Shown in pieces: positions 16,885 through 25,682 of a stretch of 53,291 nucleotides of DNA. The notes beneath the pieces were generated by a model. It searched no databases and was not told the origin of the DNA. It saw only the letters and a list, made by a program, of their open reading frames with translations. The stretch is from Candidatus Giovannonibacteria bacterium RIFCSPHIGHO2_01_FULL_45_24 (GTDB taxonomy: Bacteria > Patescibacteriota > Minisyncoccia > UBA11713 > 2-01-FULL-45-33). Position numbers and translations under genes: made by a program. The stretch covers positions 1 through 53,291 of the forward strand of contig MFHE01000010.1 of the NCBI GenBank assembly GCA_001778495.1, read 5' to 3'. Every line of letters starts with the position of its first letter. The stretch's first letter is position 1.

Positions 16885-19536
16885 TTATTTCTTCTCTAAA
16901 TTTTTGCGGTGCTCCCCCGTTCCTAACAAGCCACAACGTTTATACTTCTTTCCAGAACCGCACCAGCAGGGGTCATTGCGGCCCAGTTCGTCCTTTTTGT
17001 CAAAAGTTGAACTTCTGACATTTTGTTTAAATTCATTCGCAGGAGCGGGGCCGATTTTAAAAATCAAATTAGCGATGTAGGCGTTGATATGCCCTTCCAG
17101 CTGCTGGAACATTTTTGCGCCCTCGTTTTTGTATTCTACCAAAGCAACCCTTTGGCCGTAAACGCGAAGTTGTACGCTGGAACGCATGTATTCCATCGCC
17201 TCCAGATGCTCCATCCAAAGAGCGTCAATCGCCTGGAGCATGATTACGCGAAGCGCGTCGGCAAACCCCGCAACCTCCTTTTTTTGCTTGACGAATGCCG
17301 TTTCAATTTCTTTCTCCGCGAGCTCGGCCAGCTCTTCCATGCTTTCCATTTTCCCAACTCGCTCGCGGATATTAGAGAAATCTCCGCCGCCCAAAATGCT
17401 CGCCAAATTCTCCCCAATCTCTTTTTTGTTCCATTCTTCCGGCGAGCCCATGGTGTGTGCCTGGATAATCCTGCTCGCCACTTCTTTAAGCAAAGCCAAC
17501 GCCTCCTCCTCTATTTCTTCGGGCTTCGCGAAAAGCAGTTTTTTTCTCCGTGAATAAATCGCCGCCCTCTGCTTATTCATCACGTCGTCATACTCCAAAA
17601 CATGCTTTCTAGTGTCAAAGTTAAATCCCTCAATTTTCCCCTGCGCGGACTCAATCGCCCCCGACACCATTTTGTTTTCCACTGGCTCGTCTTCCGGAAT
17701 GCCGAGCTTGCCCATTAAATTTTTCACCCTCTCCGGCGCGAAAATTCGCATAAGGTCATCCTCCAAAGAAACAAAAAATTGCGTCCCGCCCGGGTCGCCC
17801 TGCCTGCCGGCTCTGCCCCGAAGCTGGTCGTCTATGCGGCGCGCTTCGTGCCGCTCCGTGCCGATGACAAGCAATCCGCCCACACTCCTGACTCTCTCGG
17901 CGTCTTCGGAAACCGCCGGGTTTCCTCCGAGAATTATGTCCACTCCCCGGCCGGCCATGTTGGTCGCGACGGTCACGGCCCTGAATCTCCCCGCCTGCGC
18001 GATAATCGCTCCTTCCTCCTCGTGATTTTTAGCGTTCAGCACTTTGTGTTCTACGCCTTCGCGCGAGAGGAGCGCGGAAAGTTTTTCATTTTTTTCAATT
18101 GAAACAGTGCCAATAAGCACGGGCTGGCCTTTTTCGTTTCTTGCTTTTATTTCGCGCGAGAGAGCTTGCCATTTCCCTTTTTCCGTCTGGAAAACTTTGT
18201 CCGGCAAATCGTTTCTTACCATGGGCTTATTCGTCGGGATCTCGGTGACATCCAAATTATATACTTTGTGGAATTCCTCGGCGGAAGTTTGCGCCGTGCC
18301 CGTCATCCCGGCCAGCTTTTTATACATCCTGAAATAATTTTGGAAAGTAATTGTCGCAAGCGTGCGGGATTCCTGCTGGACCCGCGCGCCTTCTTTGGCC
18401 TCAATGGCCTGGTGGAGCCCGTCCGACCACCTTCGCCCGGGCATCAAGCGACCGGTAAATTCATCAACAATGGTTACTTCCCCATTTTTTACGACATAAT
18501 CTTTGTCGCGCTGAAAAAGAGCGTGGGCGCGAAGCGCCTGCTCCAGATGATGCACATATCTCATCCCGCGCTCGGTGTAGATGTCTTTAAGCCCGAGCAT
18601 CTGCTCCACTTTTTCAATTCCGGATTCGGTCACGAGCGCCGTTTTCATTTTCTCATCAATATTATAATCCTCGTTTTCTTTAAGCCGCAGGACGATTCTT
18701 GAAAAAACTTTGTAAAGCTCGGCGGATTCGGCATCAGGAGTTGAGATAATCAACGGCGTCCGCGCTTCATCAATTAAAATTGAATCAACCTCGTCAACAA
18801 TCGCGAAATTGTGGCCGCGCTGGGCCATCTGGCTCGGAGCGTAAACCATATTGTCGCGCAGATAATCAAACCCGTACTCGTTGTTCGTCCCATAAGTGAC
18901 GTCGGCGGCGTATGCTTCGCGCCGGGGGCAGGGACGCAAAAATTCGTGAACAACTTTAAAAGCGCCCAATGTGTCGCGGGCTTGGTCTTTGGCGGTTAAA
19001 CCGCCATTTGGCGGTTTAACCGCCAAGTTCGCATCATATAAGTAACTTGCTTCATGATTCAAAACCCCCACGGATAACCCCAGCGCATTATATATCTGCC
19101 CCATCCAAACGGCGTCCCTCCGCGACAGATAGTCGTTGACCGTCACAATATGAACGCCTCCACCAGCTGGCGGGGCCGGAAGCGCGTTGATATAAGCCGG
19201 CAAAGTCGCAACTAAAGTTTTCCCTTCTCCGGTCTTCATCTCCGCGATTCCTCCTCTGTGGAGCACAATCCCGCCCATAAGCTGGGCGTCAAAATGCCTC
19301 TGGCCCAAAGTTCTTTTGGCGGCATCTCTTACGACGGCAAATGCTTCGGGAAGAATTTCATCAAGCCACGCGCCGTCCTCCAACCGTTTTCTGAATTCCG
19401 CTGTTTTATTTTTTAGTTCCTCATCAGAAAGTTTTTGGACTCCATTTTCCAGATTGTTTATTTCTTCAACAATCGGCCGGAGCTCGTCTACGGCTCTTTC
19501 ATTTGAGCCCCCAAAAATTTTCCCAAAAAATGACAT
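16885..19536 (-). CDS. secA: Preprotein translocase subunit SecA
   Basis: EMKTGEGKT, DEVDSILIDEARTPLIIS, QLRGRAGRQGDPG, SEC-C GRNDPCWCGSGKKYKRC. Confidence 0.99.
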   Translation of the reverse strand: MSFFGKIFGGSNERAVDELRPIVEEINNLENGVQKLSDEELKNKTAEFRKRLEDGAWLDEILPEAFAVVRDAAKRTLGQRHFDAQLMGGIVLHRGGIAEMKTGEGKTLVATLPAYINALPAPPAGGGVHIVTVNDYLSRRDAVWMGQIYNALGLSVGVLNHEASYLYDANLAVKPPNGGLTAKDQARDTLGAFKVVHEFLRPCPRREAYAADVTYGTNNEYGFDYLRDNMVYAPSQMAQRGHNFAIVDEVDSILIDEARTPLIISTPDAESAELYKVFSRIVLRLKENEDYNIDEKMKTALVTESGIEKVEQMLGLKDIYTERGMRYVHHLEQALRAHALFQRDKDYVVKNGEVTIVDEFTGRLMPGRRWSDGLHQAIEAKEGARVQQESRTLATITFQNYFRMYKKLAGMTGTAQTSAEEFHKVYNLDVTEIPTNKPMVRNDLPDKVFQTEKGKWQALSREIKARNEKGQPVLIGTVSIEKNEKLSALLSREGVEHKVLNAKNHEEEGAIIAQAGRFRAVTVATNMAGRGVDIILGGNPAVSEDAERVRSVGGLLVIGTERHEARRIDDQLRGRAGRQGDPGGTQFFVSLEDDLMRIFAPERVKNLMGKLGIPEDEPVENKMVSGAIESAQGKIEGFNFDTRKHVLEYDDVMNKQRAAIYSRRKKLLFAKPEEIEEEALALLKEVASRIIQAHTMGSPEEWNKKEIGENLASILGGGDFSNIRERVGKMESMEELAELAEKEIETAFVKQKKEVAGFADALRVIMLQAIDALWMEHLEAMEYMRSSVQLRVYGQRVALVEYKNEGAKMFQQLEGHINAYIANLIFKIGPAPANEFKQNVRSSTFDKKDELGRNDPCWCGSGKKYKRCGLLGTGEHRKNLEKK
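18991..19028. repeat. Palindrome doublet inside secA
   Basis: GGCGGTTAAACCGCC-ATTT-GGCGGTTTAACCGCC-AAGT, encoding NLAVKPPNGGLTA. Confidence 0.9.
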
Positions 19537-19609
19537 TGCCTTATTTTAATCCAAAAACCGCGAAAAGTCACTATGCTCACTTTCGTCCGATCGTGAGATT
19601 TTGAGTATA

Positions 19610-19960
19610 CTATTCTCTTTTGAGTTTGCGGGCGCCCTTGAGCATCAAGGAACGTTTACGTTCTTTGAATTTTTTGATTTCGCGCTCAAGCTCTTCTTCC
19701 AGCAAATCAATCGCCTCGTTTAAGGTTTCGCCCAAGGCGTCGGCGCGGAGAAGTTTTTTGCCGACGGATAAATTCGCCTCCGCCCTAAAATACGGCCCGG
19801 TTTTGTGGTGCTTTGTTGTTTTGCCGACTTCTATATCCAAGCCGATTGACTCGCCGTCCCGCGCAAGAAACTTTTCGGTCATTTTTACCAGCTTTCTATC
19901 CACATATTCGCGCGTGGATGCCAACAAAGCCAAATTCGTGCCTTTTAGCGAAACTCTCAT
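19610..19960 (-). CDS. hpf: Ribosome hibernation promoting factor (HPF/RaiA)
   Basis: [24 protein letters not shown]...L.REI.K.KE. Confidence 0.88.
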   Translation of the reverse strand: MRVSLKGTNLALLASTREYVDRKLVKMTEKFLARDGESIGLDIEVGKTTKHHKTGPYFRAEANLSVGKKLLRADALGETLNEAIDLLEEELEREIKKFKERKRSLMLKGARKLKRE

Positions 19961-20532
19961 GCTGTTTTTGGCTCTACATTATTATCATGGTCTTCCGCGA
20001 ACACGGCAGCCGCAAAAACCGTCGTCCAAAGGCCGTCTTTGTTGCCAATAGCCGATTGGGTGACGTTTGAGGTGCGCACAATCTTGCCGGACATTTTAAA
20101 AAGCTGCTCTCTCTCGTCCCAGGCGGTGTCTGAATTAAACTCAATGCCCAAAGTCGTGGCCAGCATGCTTGCCGCCAAATCCTCGGCGTATTCTCCGGCT
20201 TTCTCTTCGGTCTCTCCGTAAGCGTGGTGCTCGGAAAGATAGCCGTGCTGTTCTGGGTCTGCCGGAATAGCCAACCCCACGGAGGCCGCGATTAGTCGGT
20301 TGGGCTCATTGGTGGACTCGCGGTCGTAGACGCAAAAAACTATCTCGCCAGGCCTTATTGATTTTACCCCTTCTTCCTTGGAAATTTTTTTGACTCCGGG
20401 AGGATAGATACTGGAAACTAAAATCAAATTGCAGTGGGCAATGCCGGCGTCGCGCAAAGCAAGCTCAAAAGACGCCAGTTTTTCTTTGTGCACGCCGACT
20501 CCTTTCGTAAAAAATATTTTCTTGGGAACCAT
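19957..20532 (-). CDS. pdaD: Pyruvoyl-dependent arginine decarboxylase (start MVPKK at 20532)
   Basis: [20 protein letters not shown] (self-cleavage Ser-Ser), [17 protein letters not shown]. Confidence 0.92.
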   Translation of the reverse strand: MVPKKIFFTKGVGVHKEKLASFELALRDAGIAHCNLILVSSIYPPGVKKISKEEGVKSIRPGEIVFCVYDRESTNEPNRLIAASVGLAIPADPEQHGYLSEHHAYGETEEKAGEYAEDLAASMLATTLGIEFNSDTAWDEREQLFKMSGKIVRTSNVTQSAIGNKDGLWTTVFAAAVFAEDHDNNVEPKTA

Positions 20533-20586
20533 CCGTAATTTAATATTAAGCGATACGGTGCTAATATCAATATGTGGATAATCGGC

Positions 20587-20785
20587 TTTTGCGCTTTTGG
20601 GGGTTACGGAGCCGGCACTCACATAAATGACATAGAAGGAGTACAACCCTCCGTAGCCCCCTCAAGCGCAAAACAACACAAAGCCCTGGAAATTCCAGGG
20701 CTTTGTGCAGACATAGATTGCAGTCCCGCCGAGGCGGGACAACACTCACATGCGCCTATCTTAGCAAATCCATTACATTTGTCAA
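20587..20785 (-). ncRNA. Candidate structured leader or ncRNA upstream of the arginine decarboxylase, with promoter
   Basis: TTGACA-N16-TAAGAT (20758-20785), then hairpins at 20723-20740, 20677-20707 (15-bp stem plus U-rich tail) and 20587-20673. Confidence 0.45.
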
Positions 20786-20786
20786 G

Positions 20787-21794
20787 TTATTTATCCACAA
20801 AGCGGCTGTAGTAGCCCCTGTCCGCTTTAAGCGCCTCGCGGCCGGTGTATTGGTACTTAAATCCATAGTTTGTAATTTTTGAGCCGTCAACGATAATCGG
20901 GTAAGTGTAAGAATTGATGCCCGCCGGGACCGTTGGAATCCTCCCCCGCGAAAGGTGCCACAGCGCGCCGAAACAGAGTTTCCCCAGCCGCATCGGCACT
21001 CTTATTGAGAGCTTGCCGATTTCTTTCGCCATATCTTTCAGCAAAAAGAAGTCGGCTGGGGCGATGTTGAATATCTCGTATTTTGAAGATGCACCTCCGC
21101 CGGCCATAAACCGGACGGCATCCCAAATATCGTCTTCGTGAACAAACTGCCTCGCGGAATCCGGCCCGGTGACGGGCACAACCGGGAGGCCGAATTTCAT
21201 CGCACGCAGAAGCCCGAAGCGCTTGAACGCAAACTGACCCCGTGGACCCGTGATGGCGCAGGGGCGGAACACCAAAACCTGCGTCGCGGAAAACGCATAA
21301 AACGCGGCTTTTAGTTTTTCTTCAATTATTTTCTTATCCACGCCGTAAAGATACTTCTCCTCGCGGAAAGAGTCTGATTCTTTGAATTTATAGTTCGTGG
21401 AATTCTCGGGAAGCGCGCCATAAGAAGCAACGGTTGAAAAATGTATGAGCCGCGGTATTTTGTTTTTTGAAACAAAATCAAAAACCCTCTCCGCCGCCGT
21501 AACATTAGATTTTATCTGCCATGCCCTTTTTTTGCCGTAGCCCTCGCGGATGACATAAGCGCAGTGTATCACCAAATCCGGCCTGCCCTCGGCCAAAACT
21601 TTTTCTTCCCAGCCGGGGTCGCCAAGATTGTGCTGTACAAAAGCAATCCGATTGCTACTTAGCAATCGGATTGCTAAGTTGGATGGAGCCTTCATATCCA
21701 AAGCGATTATTTTTTCAACTTCCGGATTTTCATCAAAGCGGTCAGCGAGCATCCCGCCTATGTATCCCGACGTTCCGGTTATAAAAATTTTCAT
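20787..21794 (-). CDS. NAD-dependent epimerase/dehydratase
   Basis: ITGTSGYIG, STVASYG, YGVDK, QFVHEDD. Confidence 0.9.
   Translation of the reverse strand: MKIFITGTSGYIGGMLADRFDENPEVEKIIALDMKAPSNLAIRLLSSNRIAFVQHNLGDPGWEEKVLAEGRPDLVIHCAYVIREGYGKKRAWQIKSNVTAAERVFDFVSKNKIPRLIHFSTVASYGALPENSTNYKFKESDSFREEKYLYGVDKKIIEEKLKAAFYAFSATQVLVFRPCAITGPRGQFAFKRFGLLRAMKFGLPVVPVTGPDSARQFVHEDDIWDAVRFMAGGGASSKYEIFNIAPADFFLLKDMAKEIGKLSIRVPMRLGKLCFGALWHLSRGRIPTVPAGINSYTYPIIVDGSKITNYGFKYQYTGREALKADRGYYSRFVDK
21642..21679. repeat. Palindrome doublet inside the epimerase gene
   Basis: AGCAATCCGATTGCT-ACTT-AGCAATCGGATTGCT-AAGT, encoding NLAIRLLSSNRIA. Confidence 0.9.
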
Positions 21795-21804
21795 GATTAC
21801 GATT

Positions 21805-23217
21805 TTACTTGAAAAATCCTATTCTGGACAAGACCAGATGGAGTGTCTTTAAAATTATCGCCAAATCCAAAAGAAACGACCTGTTTTTGATGTAGTAAAG
21901 GTCATACGCCAGACGCTCCTTGGTTTCTTCCACCGAGCTGGGGTTCTCTCCTTTGACTTTTTGGGAAACCTGCGCCCAACCGGTAAGCCCGGGCTTAATC
22001 AGCGTGCGCACTTTGTAGTAAGGAATTTTTTGTTCCAGCTCCCGCGCGAAATCCGCCACGTCCGGCCGCGGGCCCACCAAGCTTATGTCGCCCAAAAAAA
22101 CGTTCCAAAGCTGGGGCAGCTCGTCCAAAGACGTCTTCCGCAAAAATCTGCCCGCGCGGGTGACCCGGGGGTCATCTTTTTCAAACCAGCTCACGGGCGC
22201 CCCCACTTTCATTGTGCGAAATTTAAAGGGCCTGAACTTCCTGCCGTTCTGTCCGATCCTCTCCGGCACGTAAAAAACCGGCCCGCCGTCGTCCAGTTTT
22301 ATGACCAAAATTATAAACGGATAAAATATCAAAGAAATCATTCCGGCGGACAATGAAATAATTATGTCAACAAACCTCTTCGCCAAATCATAAATAGCGC
22401 TGGAGGGAGAAGATATATTTTCCAAAAGCCACGCCTCGTCAACCAAAGACGCCGGGGCCTTGTGGAAAACGGATTCATAAAATTTCTGAAAACTGAAAAA
22501 CTGCACGCCCCTAAATATCGGCTCGTAAAACTTTCTTACAATGGCTTCGTTATGTTGATAGGGCGCTCCGATGGAGGTCGGCGAAACCACGGCTGCGAAC
22601 CCGCCGACGGAGGCGGCGCGCTCAAGCGCGGAAAGATCTATATCCGAGGCAGATTTTATTTCTTCGGCGCGCTTCGCGCCGACCACCCTTATGTTGCTAT
22701 AATAAGGATTATGCGAAAAGGCCGCAACGAGCTCCCGGAGCTCCGGTCCCGGCCCGATAAAATACAGAGCGCCGCCGCCGAAAGCGTTTTTTAAAAATGG
22801 CATATTCCACGCTCTCCATAAAAACAAAAGCGCGAAAGAAAAAATAAGGTATAAGATTAAATTCGCTTTCGGCGCCAGAAAAAAATACGGCAGGAAAACA
22901 TAAAAGAAAACAACCGCTATCACGCTGTTTATAATATGGACCCTGACCAGGGCCTGCGCCAGAGAAAGCCGATAGCCGATGACGAGAGTGCTGTAAAACC
23001 CCGCGAGATACAAGACCAAAATCCACATCAAAAATATCAAGCTGAATGGCAATAAGTGGTCTTCCAAAAAAACTCTGTATGACCAAAGATAGCTCCCATA
23101 CGGCAGAAAAAAAAAGCGGACTGTTAAGGACGCCCAAAGGGCCAAGATAAAAGACAGCAAATCACCCAAAAGCAGGACTAGGACAAGAAACTTTGATTTG
23201 ACGTTCCAATTATACAT
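21805..23217 (-). CDS. Priming polyprenyl-phosphate sugar phosphotransferase (WcaJ/WbaP family); start uncertain
   Basis: KRFVDI, FKFRTM, DPRVT..GRFLRKTSLDELPQLWNV, VGPRP, KPGLTGWAQ, DLYYI. Confidence 0.93.
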   Translation of the reverse strand: MYNWNVKSKFLVLVLLLGDLLSFILALWASLTVRFFFLPYGSYLWSYRVFLEDHLLPFSLIFLMWILVLYLAGFYSTLVIGYRLSLAQALVRVHIINSVIAVVFFYVFLPYFFLAPKANLILYLIFSFALLFLWRAWNMPFLKNAFGGGALYFIGPGPELRELVAAFSHNPYYSNIRVVGAKRAEEIKSASDIDLSALERAASVGGFAAVVSPTSIGAPYQHNEAIVRKFYEPIFRGVQFFSFQKFYESVFHKAPASLVDEAWLLENISSPSSAIYDLAKRFVDIIISLSAGMISLIFYPFIILVIKLDDGGPVFYVPERIGQNGRKFRPFKFRTMKVGAPVSWFEKDDPRVTRAGRFLRKTSLDELPQLWNVFLGDISLVGPRPDVADFARELEQKIPYYKVRTLIKPGLTGWAQVSQKVKGENPSSVEETKERLAYDLYYIKNRSFLLDLAIILKTLHLVLSRIGFFK

Positions 23218-24388
23218 GCCTGATTTAAATAAAAAGACGAAAATTTTATACGTAATTACCAAGTCAAACTGGGGCGGAGCCCAAAGATACGTTTATGATA
23301 TCGCAACCTCTCTGAATAAAGAAATGTTTGGCGTTGCGGTTGCCGCCGGCGGAGAGGGCATTTTAGCGGAAAAATTGAACCGAGCTGGCATACGCACCAT
23401 GCCGATTCCCTTTTTGCAGCGCGACGTCAGCGTCATAAAAGAATTTTTATCCCTATTTGCGCTGGTTAAAATTTTCAACCGCGAGCGCCCGGACATCATA
23501 CATTTAAACAGCAGCAAAACGGGTGGTCTCGGGGCAGTAGCCGCAAGAATCTCGTCACTCGTCACTCGTCGCTCGTCACTCATAGTTTTCACCGCCCACG
23601 GCTGGGGGTTTAACGAAGATAGGCCCTATGTCGCGCGGCTTATTATTTTCCTTGCGCAATGGATTACGGTTATCTTCTGCCACAAAATCATTACGCTTTC
23701 CAAAGCCGTGCACAGCCAAGCGATGTACTTCCCGTTCTCCAGAAAAAAAATTTTTTTTACTGAACAGGGGCTGCAGCCCATAGAATTGCTGCCGAGGGAA
23801 GAAGCCAAAAAAGAACTTATAAGCGTTTTCAATAAAACAAACCCGAGTCATAAAGAGTTTCCGGGCTTGTGGGTCGGATGCGTCGCGGAGCTCACTAAAA
23901 ATAAGGGGGTTATTTATTTAGTTGAAGCCGCAAGCAAATTGACCGGTTGCGATTCCCGGCTTTTAATTCTTGGCGATGGCGAAGACCGAGACAAACTTGA
24001 ACTTCAGATATCTAGACTCGGCCTCCAAAACAAAGTTTTTCTTTCGGGCTTCGTGCCGGACGCGGCCAAGTATTTTAAATCCTTTGATATTTTTGTTTTG
24101 CCGTCTGTCACCGAAGCGCTCGGATACGCGCTGATTGAAGCCGGGCAAGCCGGCCTTCCGGTCGTCGCGACCAAAGTCGGCGGGATACCGTGGATAATCA
24201 AAGACGGCGAATCAGGTATTTTAGTTCCGCCAAAAAACCCGGAAGCGCTTGCCGGGGCCCTAAAAAAACTCTTAGACGACAATGGTCTCCGCCAACAAAT
24301 GGGGCGGAAAAATTACGAACTCATTTCCCAAAAATTCTCATTTGAGAAGATGTTGAAAGAGACTATTGACATTTATAATAAGGCGTGA
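23216..24388 (+). CDS. Glycosyltransferase family 4
   Basis: KILYVITKSNWGGAQ, FTAHG, KNKG, FVLPS..EALG..LIEA, VGGI. Confidence 0.93.
   Translation: MPDLNKKTKILYVITKSNWGGAQRYVYDIATSLNKEMFGVAVAAGGEGILAEKLNRAGIRTMPIPFLQRDVSVIKEFLSLFALVKIFNRERPDIIHLNSSKTGGLGAVAARISSLVTRRSSLIVFTAHGWGFNEDRPYVARLIIFLAQWITVIFCHKIITLSKAVHSQAMYFPFSRKKIFFTEQGLQPIELLPREEAKKELISVFNKTNPSHKEFPGLWVGCVAELTKNKGVIYLVEAASKLTGCDSRLLILGDGEDRDKLELQISRLGLQNKVFLSGFVPDAAKYFKSFDIFVLPSVTEALGYALIEAGQAGLPVVATKVGGIPWIIKDGESGILVPPKNPEALAGALKKLLDDNGLRQQMGRKNYELISQKFSFEKMLKETIDIYNKA
23551..23581 (+). repeat. Heptamer tandem repeat (CTCGTCA, 4.4 copies) inside the GT4 gene
   Basis: CTCGTCA CTCGTCA CTCGTCG CTCGTCA CTC. Confidence 0.85.
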
Positions 24389-24439
24389 TAAGCTGGGAGT
24401 AGAAGGAGGTGTTGCTATTTGCAATATCAAGATTCTGTT

Positions 24440-24472
24440 AAACCCCGCCCCGCCGGTTACAATTATTTTCAT
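24440..24472 (-). pseudogene. 5' remnant of an NDP-sugar epimerase/dehydratase (MKIIVTGGAGF)
   Basis: ATG AAA ATA ATT GTA ACC GGC GGG GCG GGG TTT, followed by unrelated sequence. Confidence 0.7.
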
Positions 24473-24478
24473 AATAAC

Positions 24479-24505
24479 AAAACCACCCCGCTCGCTGGGT
24501 GGTTT
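24479..24505. terminator. Hairpin terminator after the PG-binding protein gene
   Basis: AAAACCACCC...GGGTGGTTTT. Confidence 0.7.
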
Positions 24506-24522
24506 TGAAAATCAGTTTCGGA

Positions 24523-25650
24523 TTATCGGGGTTTTGGAGCGGACTGCAGCTGCAGGAACCATGGGACTTCGTCTGAAGAGGTCGTCGGAGCTGGCGCGGG
24601 CGTAGGAGCTGGGGCAGGAGTCGGAGCAGGAGCTGGTGCCGGTGTTGCTCCGCTCATAAGTTCCTGAAGCTTCTTGAGGGTTGCCGGGCCCACGCGGCCG
24701 ACTTGCGAGATGCCATATTTGGCCTGAAAACGTTTGACTGCGGCTGTAGTTAAAGGCCCGTAATAACCCGTTACCGAACCATCGGGATAAACATCTTTAT
24801 CTTTTGCCAAAAATTCCTGAAGCGCCATAACATCGTCGCTTCTTGCGCCGGGGTCGAGTTCCCTTGTAAAGCCAGGTGCTGAAGGCGCGGCCGGAGTTGG
24901 CGCGGCCGCTGACGGAGCTCCGGCTCCGAATACCTCAGCCAGTTTCGCGCGCGTTGCCGGACCGACCCTGCCGACTTGTGAAATGTCGTATTTTGCTTGG
25001 AAGCGTTTTACGGCCTGCGCAGTCAAACTCCCAAAATAACCGCTCACGGTCCCTTCAGGGTAAATACTTTTATCTTGAGCCAGTAATTGCTGGAGTCGCG
25101 TCACGTCACTGCCCCTTGAGCCGAGAGCCAAGTCGCTGTTAAAAACCGGACTGACGGCTTGGGCCGCTGCGGATGGTTGGGCGACTGTTGCGGCCGGAAC
25201 CTGCGACACAACTGGAACAGTTGGCGCGTAAGAGCCTCCGCCGCCACCGCCGCCTCCGCCTCCGCCTCCGCCTCCGCCGGTGCTGCAAGTAGTGGTGTTA
25301 CCGGTAACGGAAAAGGTTGCGGTTACGCCGCCGGATGGATTGGTTATTGTGTAAGTGCTATCTGAAGAAGTACAAGCCAAGCTGGATTGTATTGAGGCAG
25401 TTTCTGGAACAGTTAGAGTCACTCTGTCTGTAGAATTCAGCTTGATGGTCTGGCCTGCGGACATAGTCACGGAAAAATCGGCCTCGTTGACCGTTATAGA
25501 ATCCACAACAAACGCGTTTCCTGAAACAGTCCAATTTTTGCCATTTAAAGTAATTACGACGCCCGGGTGCAGAGTTGCGTCTCCCACAGCCGAGGCAAAA
25601 GCAAAAGGAACTGACATTAAGATGGCGAAAATTTTAAAGTAAATTTTCAT
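24523..25650 (-). CDS. Secreted protein with poly-Gly linker, two peptidoglycan-binding domains and Pro/Ala/Thr tail
   Basis: Two G..G/S.DV..LQ..L...GY(Y/F)G.LT..AVKRFQ....VGP.T repeats. Confidence 0.9.
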   Translation of the reverse strand: MKIYFKIFAILMSVPFAFASAVGDATLHPGVVITLNGKNWTVSGNAFVVDSITVNEADFSVTMSAGQTIKLNSTDRVTLTVPETASIQSSLACTSSDSTYTITNPSGGVTATFSVTGNTTTCSTGGGGGGGGGGGGGGGSYAPTVPVVSQVPAATVAQPSAAAQAVSPVFNSDLALGSRGSDVTRLQQLLAQDKSIYPEGTVSGYFGSLTAQAVKRFQAKYDISQVGRVGPATRAKLAEVFGAGAPSAAAPTPAAPSAPGFTRELDPGARSDDVMALQEFLAKDKDVYPDGSVTGYYGPLTTAAVKRFQAKYGISQVGRVGPATLKKLQELMSGATPAPAPAPTPAPAPTPAPAPTTSSDEVPWFLQLQSAPKPR

Positions 25651-25682
25651 AAGTAATTTTTGTAATTATTTACTTGTCAAAT

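Noticed and set aside
17130..17180. SecA motif reads QLRVYGQRVAL rather than the usual LRAYGQRDPL
   Set aside because: Could be divergence or base-calling error; cannot be judged without reads.
25238..25279. GCC/CCT-rich tandem repeat, and the repeats near 24585-24650
   Set aside because: Explained by poly-Gly and Pro-Ala-Thr linkers of the PG-binding protein.
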